Of a stretch of 64,000 bases of DNA, positions 12,944-24,280 are shown piece by piece. A program made the position numbers and the translations under genes. The notes beneath the pieces are model-generated. The model searched no databases and was not told where the DNA came from. It saw only the letters and a list, made by a program, of their open reading frames with translations. The DNA is taken from positions 1-64,000 of the forward strand of contig NMRA01000263.1 in the NCBI GenBank assembly GCA_002633005.1, given 5' to 3'. The stretch comes from Phoronis australis (lineage: Eukaryota > Animalia > Phoronida). Position 1 is the stretch's first letter. Each line of letters opens with the position of its first letter.

Positions 12944-14370
12944 TCAGTGATTAAGGATCTGGTGAGGTAAATCTAGAGAACGAAAACGCCCAACCTCAAC
13001 CAACAGCTGTAGCGTTCCGTTTCTAATTTGAGCAAGAATTAACCTACTAGGCCGAGTTAAGTCTAAACGCAGGTAAGGCTCAACTTCAAAGACATTCTTC
13101 GTCAAAACATAGGTTCTTAACTTTGGTTTCGAATGGCTTTCAAACAACCACCTATTACAGGCCAAATCATGCAAAATATTCTTACAGTGAGACAGATTAA
13201 CTGAATGTAAGTTATGAAAACAATCCGAAATCCCTAATTCTTCAAAAATGCTCAAGACTTCAGAAGACCAATTATTAGTACAAATAGTGTAGTCCCACCA
13301 AAATATTCGGTATGTTAGTCTATCATCCTCGAAATTAATGATACGATTCCACATTCTCAAAAGCTCAATTTTCCGCCTAACACTGGGGAATTCCCACCCC
13401 ATATCACACATAACAGCATGATCAGGAACGAATTTGTGAACGCCCAAGAAAAATCGCGCGGCTCTGTTCTGAATGACATCATAATATGTAGACTAGAGCC
13501 GTCCCAGACACCTACACAATAATCTCTAACAGGCACAACACAAGCATTGAATAATGTAGTGAACGTTCTGTACCTCATATTTTTATTCTTTTTAAATTTA
13601 TTAATTAAAGCGCCCAAAGCTCTTCCGGTAGATTCGGATAGAGTTTTAGCAGTTTCAGAAAACTTCAAATGTTCATTTAAATTATTCCTAAATATTTATA
13701 TTTGGGTACATATTCTAGGTCTAGTCGACCCAACCGAAATGGATATAAACTACGAGAGACATGCTTGGATCTGAAGTGAATAATATTAGTTTTTTCCTGA
13801 TTGACAATTAGCCTCCATTTAGAGCACCATTTATCAACTATGTTCAATAAACCCTGTAAATTTTCTTCGCTCTCGGCAAGTACCACTATATCATCAGCAT
13901 AAAACAAAGATGAAACATTATCAGCACCGATAGGAATTCCTAAATTTGACTGTTTTAATTCCTTTGCCAAATCATTTATAAAAGAATAGGTGATAAAACA
14001 TCTCCCTGTTTGACCCCACAAGATGTATAAAACCAGTCCGTAAAGGTATTATTAATCTAAACACAGGATTGAGTTTTGGCATAAATATTTTTAACCGATT
14101 CATAAAATTTTCCAACTATCATAAGATCCAACATTTTAAAAAGTAAACTATTTCTATCTACCCAGTCAAAAGCTTTTTGTATATCAATAAAAGTAGCAAA
14201 TTTGGATTGCTTGTTATTCAAACGATTACGTATAATCGAGGTCAAGACAAAGACGTGATCAGCACATGCTCTGTCACGACGAAAGCCATTTTGCTCATCA
14301 ACAAGGAGCCCGTTTTCCTCCGCGTACTCAACCAGTCTATTGTTCAATACACTACTATACAACTTGTATA
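12944..14370 (-). mobile_element. Decayed non-LTR retrotransposon (RTE-X-like) RT and C-terminal region
   Basis: Four frameshifted ORFs: EQNGFRRDRACADH, FIDIQKAFDWVDR, LFYADDIVVLA, YKYLGI, KPKLRTY..EPYL. Confidence 0.9.
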
Positions 14371-17300
14371 CGTTAGACCCGTAATAACATTCTATTTTGA
14401 TTACTCATAATAACACAAGACCGATAGCAACTCACGAACACGTTTCAAAATTTATTTGGGTTAGTCAATCTTAAATTGAGAAATTCAATTTAAAAGTGGG
14501 GGATGTACAGGTACGTGTTGTTTTTGCCTTGAGTTGGTAATGGAAATGCAGTCCTATCACCATAAGGAATGAAAATTATTTCATGAGAGTAAAGACCTAA
14601 TTTGATTTTAATTTTTGTCTTGGTAAACAGAGTGAAATGCAACTTTAAACTTCTGAAATTACATTCGGAGAAATATTTAAAATCTATGTTCAGCCACTTG
14701 ACTCGTCCTGGTAATGTATTCAGTTTCAAGCTTTTTGATTTCACATTTGTTTGAAAAGTGTCGCACTTTTTCCAAATTTTGACTCTTGCAGCTACACCTT
14801 GTTGTCAATTATATTAAATTGCCTTCACCCTTTACCTTACTGACTCGTAGTTTAAAAGCACCCAATGAAACATACCGTTAGCGTTACTCCGTGAGCGGAC
14901 AACTGCGCTTTACGTTTTTCTTGTGAGAAATCAGATGACTGTGAGAAAAATAATTTTGGAAGCCTATATCCTTTCAATAACAACATAACATAGGTTCATT
15001 TCAGATGTACTGAGCTTAAGTTTCCAGTTAGTCTTTTTGTAATGAGACTGTGTATATTACTGGATTCCATTTAGGTGATGAAAATATTGAGTAAAGATCC
15101 CTTTTGGAACCAAAGAACAGTACCTTGGTGTGGAGAGTGTACAGCCGACAATAGGGAATCCCCGGTACTGTTTTTATTGTTTTAGTCTACAACGACAAAG
15201 GGCGCACCCCCGTGCTGAACCAAGTGCATTAGATATGGTCGACACAGCTGTACACTCTTCACATCAAGGTACGACTATTTGGCTTCAAAAGCAATCCTTT
15301 CTCAATATTTTCAGTCCTAGCAATGTTTTAGTGACAATCCAAAACACAGTTTTAATCACGCAAACGCGTTAAATGATGCGTGAGCGACGTGACTTGTGCA
15401 TCGTAACTGCGTCACCACAAGAACACAATTGAATGGAGGTCAGTAGCAGAGAACTCTTCTGGCTGTAGTTAACTACATAAGTGTAAGTTACCGGCGTTGA
15501 GGTTTTTGCTCCTAATTTTCAAGAGATTGAGAAAACTGACATATGTCATATATTATCCATAATGTGATCCACTGAAAGATGCTTTACAAGTCCTCTTAAC
15601 ATTTCAAATTTAAGTAATTCTTCTGAAACGAGGTATCTACACTGTTTAAATTAGTCATTTTGTGACTAATTTCAATCAATCCAATTTAACTAAACTATGT
15701 TCTCTCACCGTAAAACAAAAGTTACTTGGGTACACATCTAATTGTGAAGAATTTCCTGTTAAACATGTATTACATATAATAACCGTGGAAATAAAGTGAA
15801 AAAAGACGGTACCCTTGATATTTGAGTAGTTTAGTAAAATAGAAGAATAGAGAAAAGAAGAAGACAGATGCTTGTTGACCATGTTGATAGCTGATTGGCT
15901 GAGCATGTTTTTTTCGGGAGATTCGGGTAATTCAATTCGAAATTAATGTGCAACGTTTATCAAAGTATGGCATCGATGTAGTCAGAGTGATACTCTTGAC
16001 GTATTGTAGGAACCAATTCTACATGACTGATTCCGTGTAAAAAAAGGACATCCGTGTTGGACAGACTCACGTGTTTCTTGTCACCAAACTAGTATTACAA
16101 AAGCAAAGCGTCTCCGTGTTACAGTCTTGAAAAACCAAGATGAAAACAGGAGCAATTCTCACTAAGTATTGATTACCTCATCACCATAATTTAAAATTCA
16201 TATCCCAATATGCAACCGTATATTGAATGAGATTTTCAACAATCATGTTGCTCAAATGACAGTCGACACTTCGAGCTTTACCTCGTGTCGAACCCTTGGA
16301 CATTATTTCTTAAAAGTAAGTCAACTTATTTTGTGTTAATAACTTGCATTATACAGAAAACTTTTAGAGAAATTGGTTGGGTCTCTTTGTAAAACGTATC
16401 GCATACAATCACCCACAAATTTAAATTTTCAAAGAAAACGTGCCAAAGAACGTAGAAGTAACGTCACCGACTGATACAATTACAGCGAACTGTTTTTTGC
16501 GATAACCTTCAAAAAGTTCACGCTGTATAGATATGAGTGTCAAAGGTTTGTGACAAAATTGGTAAATCTTGACGAAAATGCAACCAACACCGATGGCGCC
16601 ATGTGGTAAATTTGTCAATGTCCGGTGGGCCGCTTAGGGTCAACCTCCTCCTCAGTTGTGAGAAAATTAACCCATTCACTGGTAATTTAATACTTTAATT
16701 TGGACTAAAGTAAAACAAACGAGACTTTGAACATTCCTTAAAATTGTGTGTATTTACATGTTTCTAGCGCCATTTAATCACTGCAGACGTCAACAAGAGG
16801 AAACGTCCGCAAGGGTACACTTGCCTGTTACGTTTCCACTAAGGCAATCTCGGAACTATACAATGCACATTGCTTCTGCTTTAGGCAATATTTTCGTCGC
16901 AACTAGGGCTTTTATTTAAAAGTTAGCAAAATTCGCGTCTTGTGTTAGCGTTCGGGCAATTACCCAAAAGTGTTTTTTAAAGTGTTGTTGCTTTTAACCC
17001 TAGTCACTGACATGGAAAATAACGTCAATTTCTGAATATTTCTTCATTAGACCAACTTCCGTGGTTGAGGGTTTCTGCATGATTGCACACGACTCCAAAC
17101 ATGTTTCTGTGTTTGTTGCTATCTGGGAGATTTAATTTTAAGAATTCTTTATGAGATCTTATTGGCATGTAAAATTGATGGCCTTGTTAATACGGAACAT
17201 GATATTTCAAATCAATTACTACTTAAACGGTACACCGCGTGGGCGGCGCAACACTGAAATAAAGGGGAGGGCTATAGCCCCCACCCCCCTATGGTGCCCC

Positions 17301-17493
17301 GGCCAAGTGACCATGGGCGGTGCAGCACTGAAATAAGTGGGGGCTATAGCTCCCAGCCCCCTTTGGTTCGTCGCCCTGAAGTCACGCCAAGTATTAAGTC
17401 ACTAGTGGTCTGAATTAGTTGATATAACCAATGCCTATGACATCATCATTATTTTCTGTGCAACAGTAATTGATTTATTTCAGCATTGCTGCC

Positions 17494-17802
17494 ATGGAGT
17501 TCAAACCTTCTGGGTCTCTCGCTGAGAAGACGCTTTTGTGTATTGGAAGTCGCGTTATGGTAACAAGAGATGACGAGATAGAAACGTCTTTCTGGGCTAA
17601 AATAAAGAAAATGGGTCTTAAAACACTTTGTGTGATACTTCAAAAGACCGAATCCAACCGCTTTTGGTGTGAAAAGATGAAGTCTTTAGGAATCATTGAT
17701 GAGTTTAATGTTGACGGCCTGATCCACGAAAACGAGGACGATCGTACGGTTGAAGAAATAAGTGCTGGGATAATCAAATGGCTGAATGAGTTGAACATTA
17801 AC
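17494..17802 (+). CDS. CARNS1-like ATP-grasp ligase copy 2, coding exon 1 (103 aa)
   Basis: Acceptor TTATTTCAG (ends 17483), Kozak GCCATGG, donor AAC|GTGAGT; same length as copy-3 exon 1. Confidence 0.85.
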
Positions 17803-18211
17803 GTGAGTGATTGCTTTAACAGATAACTAGCATTTAAAACACAGTAGGTCTTCATGTGCTGCATATTACTTGATCAAAAGCCTTGGCAGAAAATACCAGG
17901 CCACGTTAAGTGTATTCATTATATAATACTTTTCTGTAGAAGTGAGGCCTACGGCGTCGAAATGTGGAGACGTCAAAATTCAAGATCTGCACAAAAAATA
18001 ATTCTTCAGTCATTACTTGAAAGTTTGCCTTTTTAATGTAGGTCAATTTTCAAAACTGTTCCGTTTATTAACGCACGGCTGATTGTCGACTCCACTTCCA
18101 CATACCCAAGAAACTTGTATCGAGCACTCCTACACCGTGGCCATAAAAAGCAAATGGTACTTTACAAGCATTTTATCTTGATGTTTGCAAGATATACGTT
18201 ATTATACGCAG

Positions 18212-18370
18212 GCAAATGCTGGTTGCTTTTTTGCCGACTTCTCGGCCGTGATTGGAAGTTATGTTTCTGAAAAGCTCGGCATACCTTGGGACAGCTATAA
18301 TAGTACCATGGCATGTTTCCTGAAGAATCTCACGCAGCAATACGTGCTTAAAATCACAGAAGCTGCAAAG
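18212..18370 (+). CDS. CARNS1-like ATP-grasp ligase copy 2, coding exon 2 (53 aa)
   Basis: CGCAG|GCA...AAG|GTGAGT; ANAGCFFAD..EKLGIP..KNLTQQY. Confidence 0.85.
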
Positions 18371-18910
18371 GTGAGTGGATATTTAGTTCCAAAACATAGG
18401 TGAGCGAAGAGTAAACTTTAAAATTGAGAAATTTACGAGATGGTGAAGAAAAGCTACTTGTTAGTGGGAAAAGAGCCAAGAACCTGCGAATTCTATTGGT
18501 GAAATATAGAGGATGTTAACCGGGATAAGACTCAGTGACGACCAGAGTGAGTGTTGGAAGGGCACAGTCTAGGCCCAGTTATAGCAGTCGCATACCCGGT
18601 ATAATAGCAGTCTGTGACCTTCGGACTCAAATTAGCAATGTGTACGTACACCCATCGCAGGAAAAATAGCTAGGATTATATGCATCCAGATTGACCCGTT
18701 CCAGATTTTTAGATAGGCAAGTTTGTCGCCTTAGGTGTCTGCAAGGTGGTGAACAGAGAAGTTCGGTTTTATATGATAAGATTTGTCTAGACGGCCAACA
18801 GTACCAGCACTGTTTCACTCTTCTCGACGGGATTAATATACAGGTAACGAAACCGTTTCTCCCCTTTTGGTCATCTAAGCATCTCAGTCACCAGTCAGAT
18901 TTTCTTTCAG

Positions 18911-19129
18911 TACGGCGTGCCCAGCTATTCCGTAAATACCCAGGGAGAACTACTGGCGGCGTTAACCAAATTAACGTTTCCTGTTGTCATGAAGCCTCTG
19001 TGTGGAAGCGCTTCTAGTGGCTGCCAAGTCCACTATGACAGGACCAGCTGTTTACAATTCTTCTGTGAGTTGACCACTGGTATGGCATGTGGGACAGCAA
19101 CGTGTGAAAAACTGTCATTTACTCATTCG
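18911..19129 (+). CDS. CARNS1-like ATP-grasp ligase copy 2, coding exon 3 (73 aa)
   Basis: TTTCTTTCAG|TAC...TCG|GTAAGG; ATP-grasp motif FPVVMKPLCGSASSG. Confidence 0.9.
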
Positions 19130-19397
19130 GTAAGGTTTGATTTTTCATGTTTCGGGCAAGAGAGATTCTATTCCTAGGTAGTTACGTTATAATTAACCAT
19201 ATACGACAAGCGCTCAGCAGTAAAAGAAAAAGAGAGTGCGTTGTTTCGTTTCTCACCGTTTGCAACACATAACACGTCATAGTTCGCATACCGTTTAGGC
19301 ATAGCCTAAACTCTATACCACTCAGTGTCTGAGTACTCTGCAAACAAAAAAATTCCATGGTGGTATGCGGGCAACCAAAAACAGTATCATGGGAGCT

Positions 19398-20125
19398 TTT
19401 CCTAAGTAGCCTTCGGAGTAGTAGAGGAGGATGTAGACAAATATACGATTTTTTTTTTAATTTTGTTCAACAAGACTCAAAAGCTGAATTAACTATTATT
19501 GGAAAGACGTGTATTCTTTGCCTTGCTACGTGACTAAAGGTCCAAAAAGTTGATGGTTTCAGTTTAGATTGTTAAATAGACTGCTGTCTACAAACTCATT
19601 TTTGAAAACTATAAACGTTAAGGAAGACGATACATGCTCTCTTTGTAAAGAGTCTGTTGAGACATTGAAAGACTTTTTGGGAGTAAGACTACGTTAAAAA
19701 TTTCTGGATTTATCTTAACCGCCATGTTACTGATACGTGTGCTGATCGTCATGTTGACACTCTTTCCTACAAAATAGAAATCTTTGGACTATACTCAACA
19801 AATAACAATTTCTGCTTGGCATGTTTTATTTTTGAGAAAACAATTTATCTTTGATTTTAAGTGTAAAAAACAAAATTTGTGTGTTAACGCTTTTTTGAAT
19901 TTCGTCAGTGAGTATTACAATTCTGAAAAGTACATAATGTACCTTGTTAAAACTCAACTATGTCTTAAACTTTAACAAAAAATGGGGAAAATTTGGAACC
20001 TTTTTGTAAACTGATGTGTGATTGTGGATGTAAGGGTATGTCTGATGTTGGTTCTTGTTTCATATTTTTGCAACCACGATATATTGTATTGTAAAATGGT
20101 AAATTCCCAATAAATGGTTGAAAAA
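19398..20125 (+). mobile_element. 5'-truncated L1/Tx1-clade LINE in intron 3 of copy 2
   Basis: zf-RVT-like FQFRLLNRLLSTN..CSLCKESVET; AATAAA and A-tail; TSD ATGGGAGCT at 19389-19397 and 20126-20134; empty site in copy 3 (~39782). Confidence 0.8.
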
Positions 20126-20423
20126 ATGGGAGCTCGAAATCCACTAGATGATGCTTGTGTTCATATACTCACAGAAGTGCATGCATTAGAGGTAATCACA
20201 ATGGGAACAGCTAGAATATGACCGACCTCACTGCTACTGAACTGGGTCTTGGTCCGATGTTTTAAAGCAAAACACGTGATCAAACCAACTTTCTCGCGAG
20301 CACTCTGTGCCTATGGAACGCTAATCTCTGATTTCTGTTCTCAGTCCACCCAGCCAGTTATTAAACATTAGCACCACCTAACGAATATCGAGTCACCGAC
20401 TGACAATGCACTTTATTTATTAG

Positions 20424-21119
20424 GTGCTTGTGATGGAATACCTGAAAGGTGTCAAATATTCAGTTGACGTGGTGATTTCGAGGGGAAAGCTTGTTGGCGG
20501 CTTTGTTGTTGAGAGAGGTCTTGCCCCACTACCAGAATTTTGGAGCACTTCTGTCATCATTCCTGGTGCCTCAGCCGAAGAGCACAAAGAATTGGTCGAA
20601 GCTTCGTATCAGTGCTGCCAAGCCCTCGGTCTTCGTCACGGGGTCTACAATCTCGATTTTATCCGTGTCAAAGACGACTACTCACTAAAGTTAATCGAAA
20701 TCAATCCACGTCCTTCAGGTACTAGGTTGTTTACACTAATTCAAGTGGCGTATGCTAATGATATTCAAGTCATACATGCGAAACTCCGATGTGGCGTTGA
20801 ACTTTCTCTTAAAGAGATGCAGATTGAGCCCAAAACACACGTGGCTGCCTATTTTTTTTACTTGATCAGACGGAAAGAGAAGCTAAAGACAGCTTACGGC
20901 CATATGTTATCACACGCAAAGGAATACGGTGTCAGGATGCTGGCTACAGGACCGAAAACTATGACAGAGATGATGTACGATAACTCCAAATACAGGCACC
21001 CAGTTTTAGTAGTGGTGACGTCAGCAGAATCAAGGTGTGAGGCAATCAATAAATTAAGTCAATTTCTCGTTGCTTCAAAGTACTTCGATAATATGGAAGA
21101 CGCATTGCAGCAGTTTTAA
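20424..21119 (+). CDS. CARNS1-like ATP-grasp ligase copy 2, last exon (231 aa)
   Basis: TTTATTAG|GTG; VLVMEYLKG.KYSVD, YQCCQALGLRHGVYNLD, KLIEINPRPSG. Confidence 0.92.
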   Translation: MLVMEYLKGVKYSVDVVISRGKLVGGFVVERGLAPLPEFWSTSVIIPGASAEEHKELVEASYQCCQALGLRHGVYNLDFIRVKDDYSLKLIEINPRPSGTRLFTLIQVAYANDIQVIHAKLRCGVELSLKEMQIEPKTHVAAYFFYLIRRKEKLKTAYGHMLSHAKEYGVRMLATGPKTMTEMMYDNSKYRHPVLVVVTSAESRCEAINKLSQFLVASKYFDNMEDALQQF

Positions 21120-21777
21120 ATGAACGATTCATAAGTAGCTTGGTTGTGTATTTCTGTACAAGTAAATCTTAGGCAGTGTTAAAGCCTTTCTTGAACGGTA
21201 ACACTTGTAAATTTGGTTCCTACAGAATGTTATGAGCATCGCTCTGAGCCCACTAGTGCCCTAAATTACCAAATGTAACGAACTGTTAAGCATATTAGCT
21301 TGCTTTTGTCTACGTCACCGCGAGAATCACCTTTTAATTCAAACAAGCGCTGCCAATAGCACCCTCACGCAATGGTGTTCTGTTCAAACCCCCATTCAAA
21401 TACAAACGTTATCGGTCTTTGTTGTTTGTGCTGGGATCTCGCGGTGACGCAACAGTGGCAGCTTCACCTGTCATTTGACGGGCTTACATTTGCGTGATTG
21501 AACTCGAGTTTTCTTATTTAAATAAGGCTTTGCTAGGACTATCTGGTTAGCCAAATACATGTAAAATAGCAAAATTCCGTTGAAGTAAGAATTTCAGTTT
21601 GTTCCTGAAACGAGTGATTCATGTTTTACGTAATAACAAGGGTGACATCTGCCTCAGCTGACATCAGGCCCTCACGTGTAGCGCCGACCCCTCAGCGGTA
21701 GTACTTGTGAGCCCGATGAGCACCCCGACCTCCCTCCCCCCTTAGTTATTACTTTGCTGGGAGACTTGATTAGATAC

Positions 21778-22150
21778 CCCAAATGTTTGCAATGTGTAGT
21801 TGAATAAACCGCAACACCTGGATCCAGACATTGGCTGCGAAATTCAAAGTGGTTATTGTGGAAGTGTTGTAAATATGTAATTGTCAGCCCCCAACGTCAA
21901 GAAACTGCATTGTCACTGTCTATTATTTTTCTTTAATAATTTTTAATTACTGCTCTTCTTTTTTCGTTCACCCAAAATGTTGGCTATGTGTAGGTGAATA
22001 AAGCGTGGTCCAGACATAGGCTGCATATTTCAAAGTGTATCTTGTGGGAGAATTGTAAACGTGTATTTGCCAACCTCCAGCGTCAAGAAAGTGCACGGTA
22101 CCGGTCTATTTTCTTTGATTTCTAGAGCTTATTAACTAATGCTCGTTTTT
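21778..22150 (+). repeat. Two ~190-bp tandem direct repeats in the 3' flank of copy 2
   Basis: Units at ~21778 and ~21971, each with AATAAA..TCCAGACAT.GGCTGC..TTCAAAGTG..CGTCAAGAAA; a single unit in copy 3 (~40993-41170). Confidence 0.75.
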
Positions 22151-22854
22151 CATTCGAAGTCAATTGGCAGGAGGTGATGGGAATTGTTATATTTTGTTTA
22201 TTTTGTCGTGGCAATAAATAGAAGTGGTAAATGGATTGTTGTGACGATCTTCAGTACCGATAGTTGAAGAACTTGATGCATGCACCCAAAATCAATGTTG
22301 TGATTTTTGTTCTGTGCAGGATGTGCCAAACAAACATGAACACTGAACTTAAAAGACAATGGGGGCTTTTAGGGATCGTTCTGCATACCTGACACACGAC
22401 CAATTTATATAGTATGTGGGACAAGATATAATTATTTCTCAATTTGGGCCGTTCAAAGGACCCTTCAAGTACTTCAAGTTTATTGGAGGCGTCTTCAGCA
22501 CGCTCTTATTGATAAAGTAAAATCTTTATCGCATTTTCTGGGTTTCAAAACAGAAGTTAGTTTTATTATATCATCCATGAAACGTTTAATGACCACTACC
22601 ATCAATATCATGTACTGTAAGACAATGGGATGCTTAAGAAAATCTGCGAAAATTAAAGTCAATGCTTACCTTCGTTAACGAGGGTCACGTTTCTTGAATT
22701 TTGATCGTCAGTGTGTAAAACCAAATATTTTTGGAATGCTTGGTAATCGGGGAACTCGATAGTGTGAACGTGACCACATTTTTTCGTAAAAATCCAGATT
22801 TCCCATGGAGACTGCAATACGGTATCATTTTTTCCTAAAAGGGTAGTAAACTCT

Positions 22855-22998
22855 GTTTAATTGGTCTATTAGCTACAAAACGTTGTCTGGGATTTTTAAG
22901 GTCAGAAGTCTGAGTCCGAGATATCAAGCCTTGTTCTCGAGACCAAAGGCGCTTAAAAATCCCAGACACAATTTTGTAGTTGACAGACCAAATAAACA
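22855..22998. repeat. Imperfect palindrome / foldback MITE
   Basis: TGTCTGGGATTTTTAAG ... CTTAAAAATCCCAGACA, with outer arms TTGGTCT..CTACAAAA / TTTTGTAG..AGACCAA. Confidence 0.7.
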
Positions 22999-23888
22999 AA
23001 ATCTGCAAAAAGGAATGACAGATTTTTAACGTATGTGTTGTAAGTTACTGTGGTCTACATGTCGCCCTTCAAGCCAAAATTAAAACGACAGAAATGGCCG
23101 GAAAGCGTCAGAAGACAATCTAAGGGTTCTTCTAAAATACCACACGGCATCAAACAATTATGATACCTACTTACAATGTATGCTAAATTTAATTGTCTTT
23201 TGAACCAAGCTATGCCAGCATTGACTCGCGGGCATGGTTCAAATTTCTGGAACGGTGGGCCTTTGCTATTTTGCAAAGGCTGACACTGTAGAGTTTTCTG
23301 TAAGGCCCTTGAGGCAGCTTAGTTAGGAGGAAGGGGAATCTGTATACACTACGATGACTCTCAACTCTGTGTTCCTGGGATTGAACAGAACTTGTTATAC
23401 CAGAAATGAGGACGCTGTGACGGTTGCTCACAAAGAACAGAACACAAGCTCTGATGTAATGTGGTCCAGGAAAAGAACGTTCTTGCGTTACCTCATTCAA
23501 AAATTTCAAATCAGGCGTACCTAAATGAGTGATTACACCTCATTATATAATCGGACGGAAATGTGAAGTTTAGTCGGGGATTTACTTGAGGAAATTGTTT
23601 ATCTGGTTGTATTTTTTGCTTGTCACTAAAGTTTCTTGTGTCGTTGGAAACGGGGACAGAGCACTATTTCGAAGGTTTAATACTCCGAAGGTACACTATT
23701 CCAATCGAAGGCAACACTTCGAAGATTCACTACACCGAAGATTCACTGCTTCAAAAAGTATCTTAAATTTCAGACTCCATTGTAGTTTTTATGCTTTTAC
23801 ATGCAAAAATAAATGATACTTCGGTAATTAGATGCACCTTTTTCGAAAACAACGCTTGGGTTCTAAAACACTTTGTTTGGAGTTTATG

Positions 23889-23945
23889 TAGACAGTGACC
23901 ACCGTCTAACTGGCCAGTAGAACTAGAGGCGGTGGTCACTGTCTA
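23889..23945. repeat. 57-bp hairpin mini-element (TAG...CTA)
   Basis: Perfect 16-bp stem TAGACAGTGACCACCG/CGGTGGTCACTGTCTA; a degenerate relative lies at ~11440-11486. Confidence 0.7.
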
Positions 23946-24094
23946 GATTCATTTTCAATGTGCATGCGAAATTGACCGCATGTCTTAACACGGAAAGATG
24001 AGTACGCATTTGCATTTTAAAATAATATTAAGTAGGAATATTGATGAATGTATCGCGGTGTCAAGACTGCATCGGGGTGCGACTGAAAAATTTA

Positions 24095-24280
24095 GGACCG
24101 CTGCGCCTCAACCTCACCCAAGGAAACTCGCACACGGCCGGGTCGAGACTAAATGAAGCTAGTAGGCCACCCTGTCCCTGCCAGTCGTAGGGAAGACAGG
24201 GGCCCCATTCAGTCTTCTTAAATTGAAAACTGCCATTGGTCCTGACCCATGCCCCAGATATTGTCGTTGCATGCTTGAGA
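24095..24280 (-). mobile_element. Deu/Nin-domain SINE remnant
   Basis: Minus strand reads TGGCAGT..AAGAAGACTGAATGGGGCC..GGGTGAGGTTGAGGCGCAG, matching in order the recalled Deu-domain blocks GACTGAATGGGCC and GGGTTGAGGCACA. Confidence 0.45.
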
